Source: the human T2T-CHM13v2.0 reference genome, Homo sapiens
Strand: one strand, 5' to 3'
NCBI RefSeq assembly: GCF_009914755.1
Contig: NC_060945.1
Length of the DNA: 64,000 nt
A program made the position numbers and the translations under genes. The notes under the pieces were generated by a model. It saw only the letters and a program-made list of their open reading frames with translations. It was not told the origin of the DNA and did not search any database. Of the stretch, positions 62,646-64,000 are shown piece by piece (position 1 is the first letter of the stretch; each line of letters begins with the position of its first letter).

Positions 62646-63270
62646 TATAGTAGAAGAGTTGACACCTGAGCTAGGGGAGGTGCCCAAACACTGATGGGAC
62701 TTCCATCCCAGCCAGAGTCAAGGCTCTTGACAACTTGGAATAAGGAATTCAAGGAACCAGTCAGAAAACAGGGAAAGTAAGACAATTTGTTGCAAAGCCA
62801 AAGTACGCACTCAAGAAAGGGGAGTGCAGGCATACTCAAGAAAGTGAGTAGAGCCCAGTGGGGTTTGGAGCTTCTATTTTTATGAGTTTCTTTCACCAAG
62901 GGGTGGAATATTCATGAAGATTTTCATACAGATTTTTGGAAAAAGGAGAAAATTTCTGAGAACTGTGGTGCCAACCATTTTTAAACCAAATACGAATGTT
63001 CCTGGAACTGTCATGGCACTGGTGGGCGTATTATTTAGTATGTTAATGAGCACATGATGAGGTCCTAGGTGAAACTTAGGTCACATCCAGCACCATATTG
63101 GGTCCAGTCAGTTAGCCAGCTTGGCCCACATACTGGTTTTTGCCGTCTTACCGTCTTAGCAGTCCCTAGCTTATGCAACTGTTTCAACAGTTTTTATTTG
63201 CCAGTCATGCAAAACTGCTGCTTGGAATTTTCCATTATCCTGTGACCACCCTGGATTATTCCTGTCTCAG
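62646..63270 (-). mobile_element. ERV1 solo LTR (MER66/MER41-group-like)
   Basis: Minus strand starts tgagacaggaataatccagggtggtcacagga...aaaattccaagcagcag. Confidence 0.72.
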
Positions 63271-64000
63271 AGTCATTCCTTTGATACTTTGCTGCAGCAG
63301 AGTGGAAAAACACATTTCTGCTTCGTTAACCAACTAATACGTACATATTAGTTGGTTATACAAAATCTAACTTCAAACTTCAAGAGAAATGGTGTACAAA
63401 GAGTAGAAAAGGAAAAAAAGTCTGATTTACTCTCTTTCTTCTTTATTTACCATTGTGTTTATTTTCTATAAGAAATACATCTATTTTTCTTATTAAGAAC
63501 ACCTGAATTTCCAGGCTTCCCTTTTTTAAATGATAAAATTTGTTGGGTTTCTCCTTGTTCCTACAATTATCAGCATCCTTTTTCTAAGTACAAGCAAGCA
63601 AGTCATTAATTATTATCAATAGTGGATTACATTGAGAATCAACTGGCTTCCGGTATGCAATCAATACCAGCTATTATACACAATAAAACCTATAATCAGC
63701 ACACAGCCATTTTACAGAGTAGGTCAGAGATTAGTATAGCAGAAATGTGTCAGGCTACAATAATCTAAGTTTGTGAAGCATAAACTATTTTTATAAAAAC
63801 CAATTCAGTTACAGTAACAAAGACAAATTTACCTTATCATATTACTTAAGTGATGATTGGGATGTCTGGGAGGGTGTGTACAAACCTCTCCACCACCTCC
63901 AAAGACATCAGTGAATCATTGAAAATGCCCCAGGTTATGTCATGGCAGCAAGAAAACTATCTGAGAAATGTTTCATCCTCTTGCTTTGTAGCTCTCACCA

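Overview
Primate (most likely human) repeat-dense, AT-rich non-coding DNA. I found no host protein-coding exon, RNA gene or prokaryotic feature; the ORF-track entries I could identify derive from Alu, L1, ERV or tandem-repeat sequence. The window holds about 19 Alus (one near-pristine AluYc1-like copy), L1PA/L1M fragments, MIR/L2 relics, MaLR and ERV1 LTRs and DNA transposons. There are three ERV1 proviral remnants: (i) a 5' LTR with PBS and gag stub at ~775-2550; (ii) a very old minus-strand provirus (MER110-like LTRs at ~14900-15490 and ~29573-30055) with gag, integrase and env relics, buried under nested insertions; (iii) a younger element at 37276-41653 with an LTR U5 end at both termini, a 4-bp TAAT direct repeat, integrase, two small pol-env ORFs and env. 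Several local duplications and templated insertions (inverted, dispersed and tandem) and a 15-bp G-rich minisatellite are also visible. Subfamily names come from memory of consensus sequences and need RepeatMasker/Dfam confirmation. Boundaries of old repeats are approximate, and percent identities are by-eye estimates.
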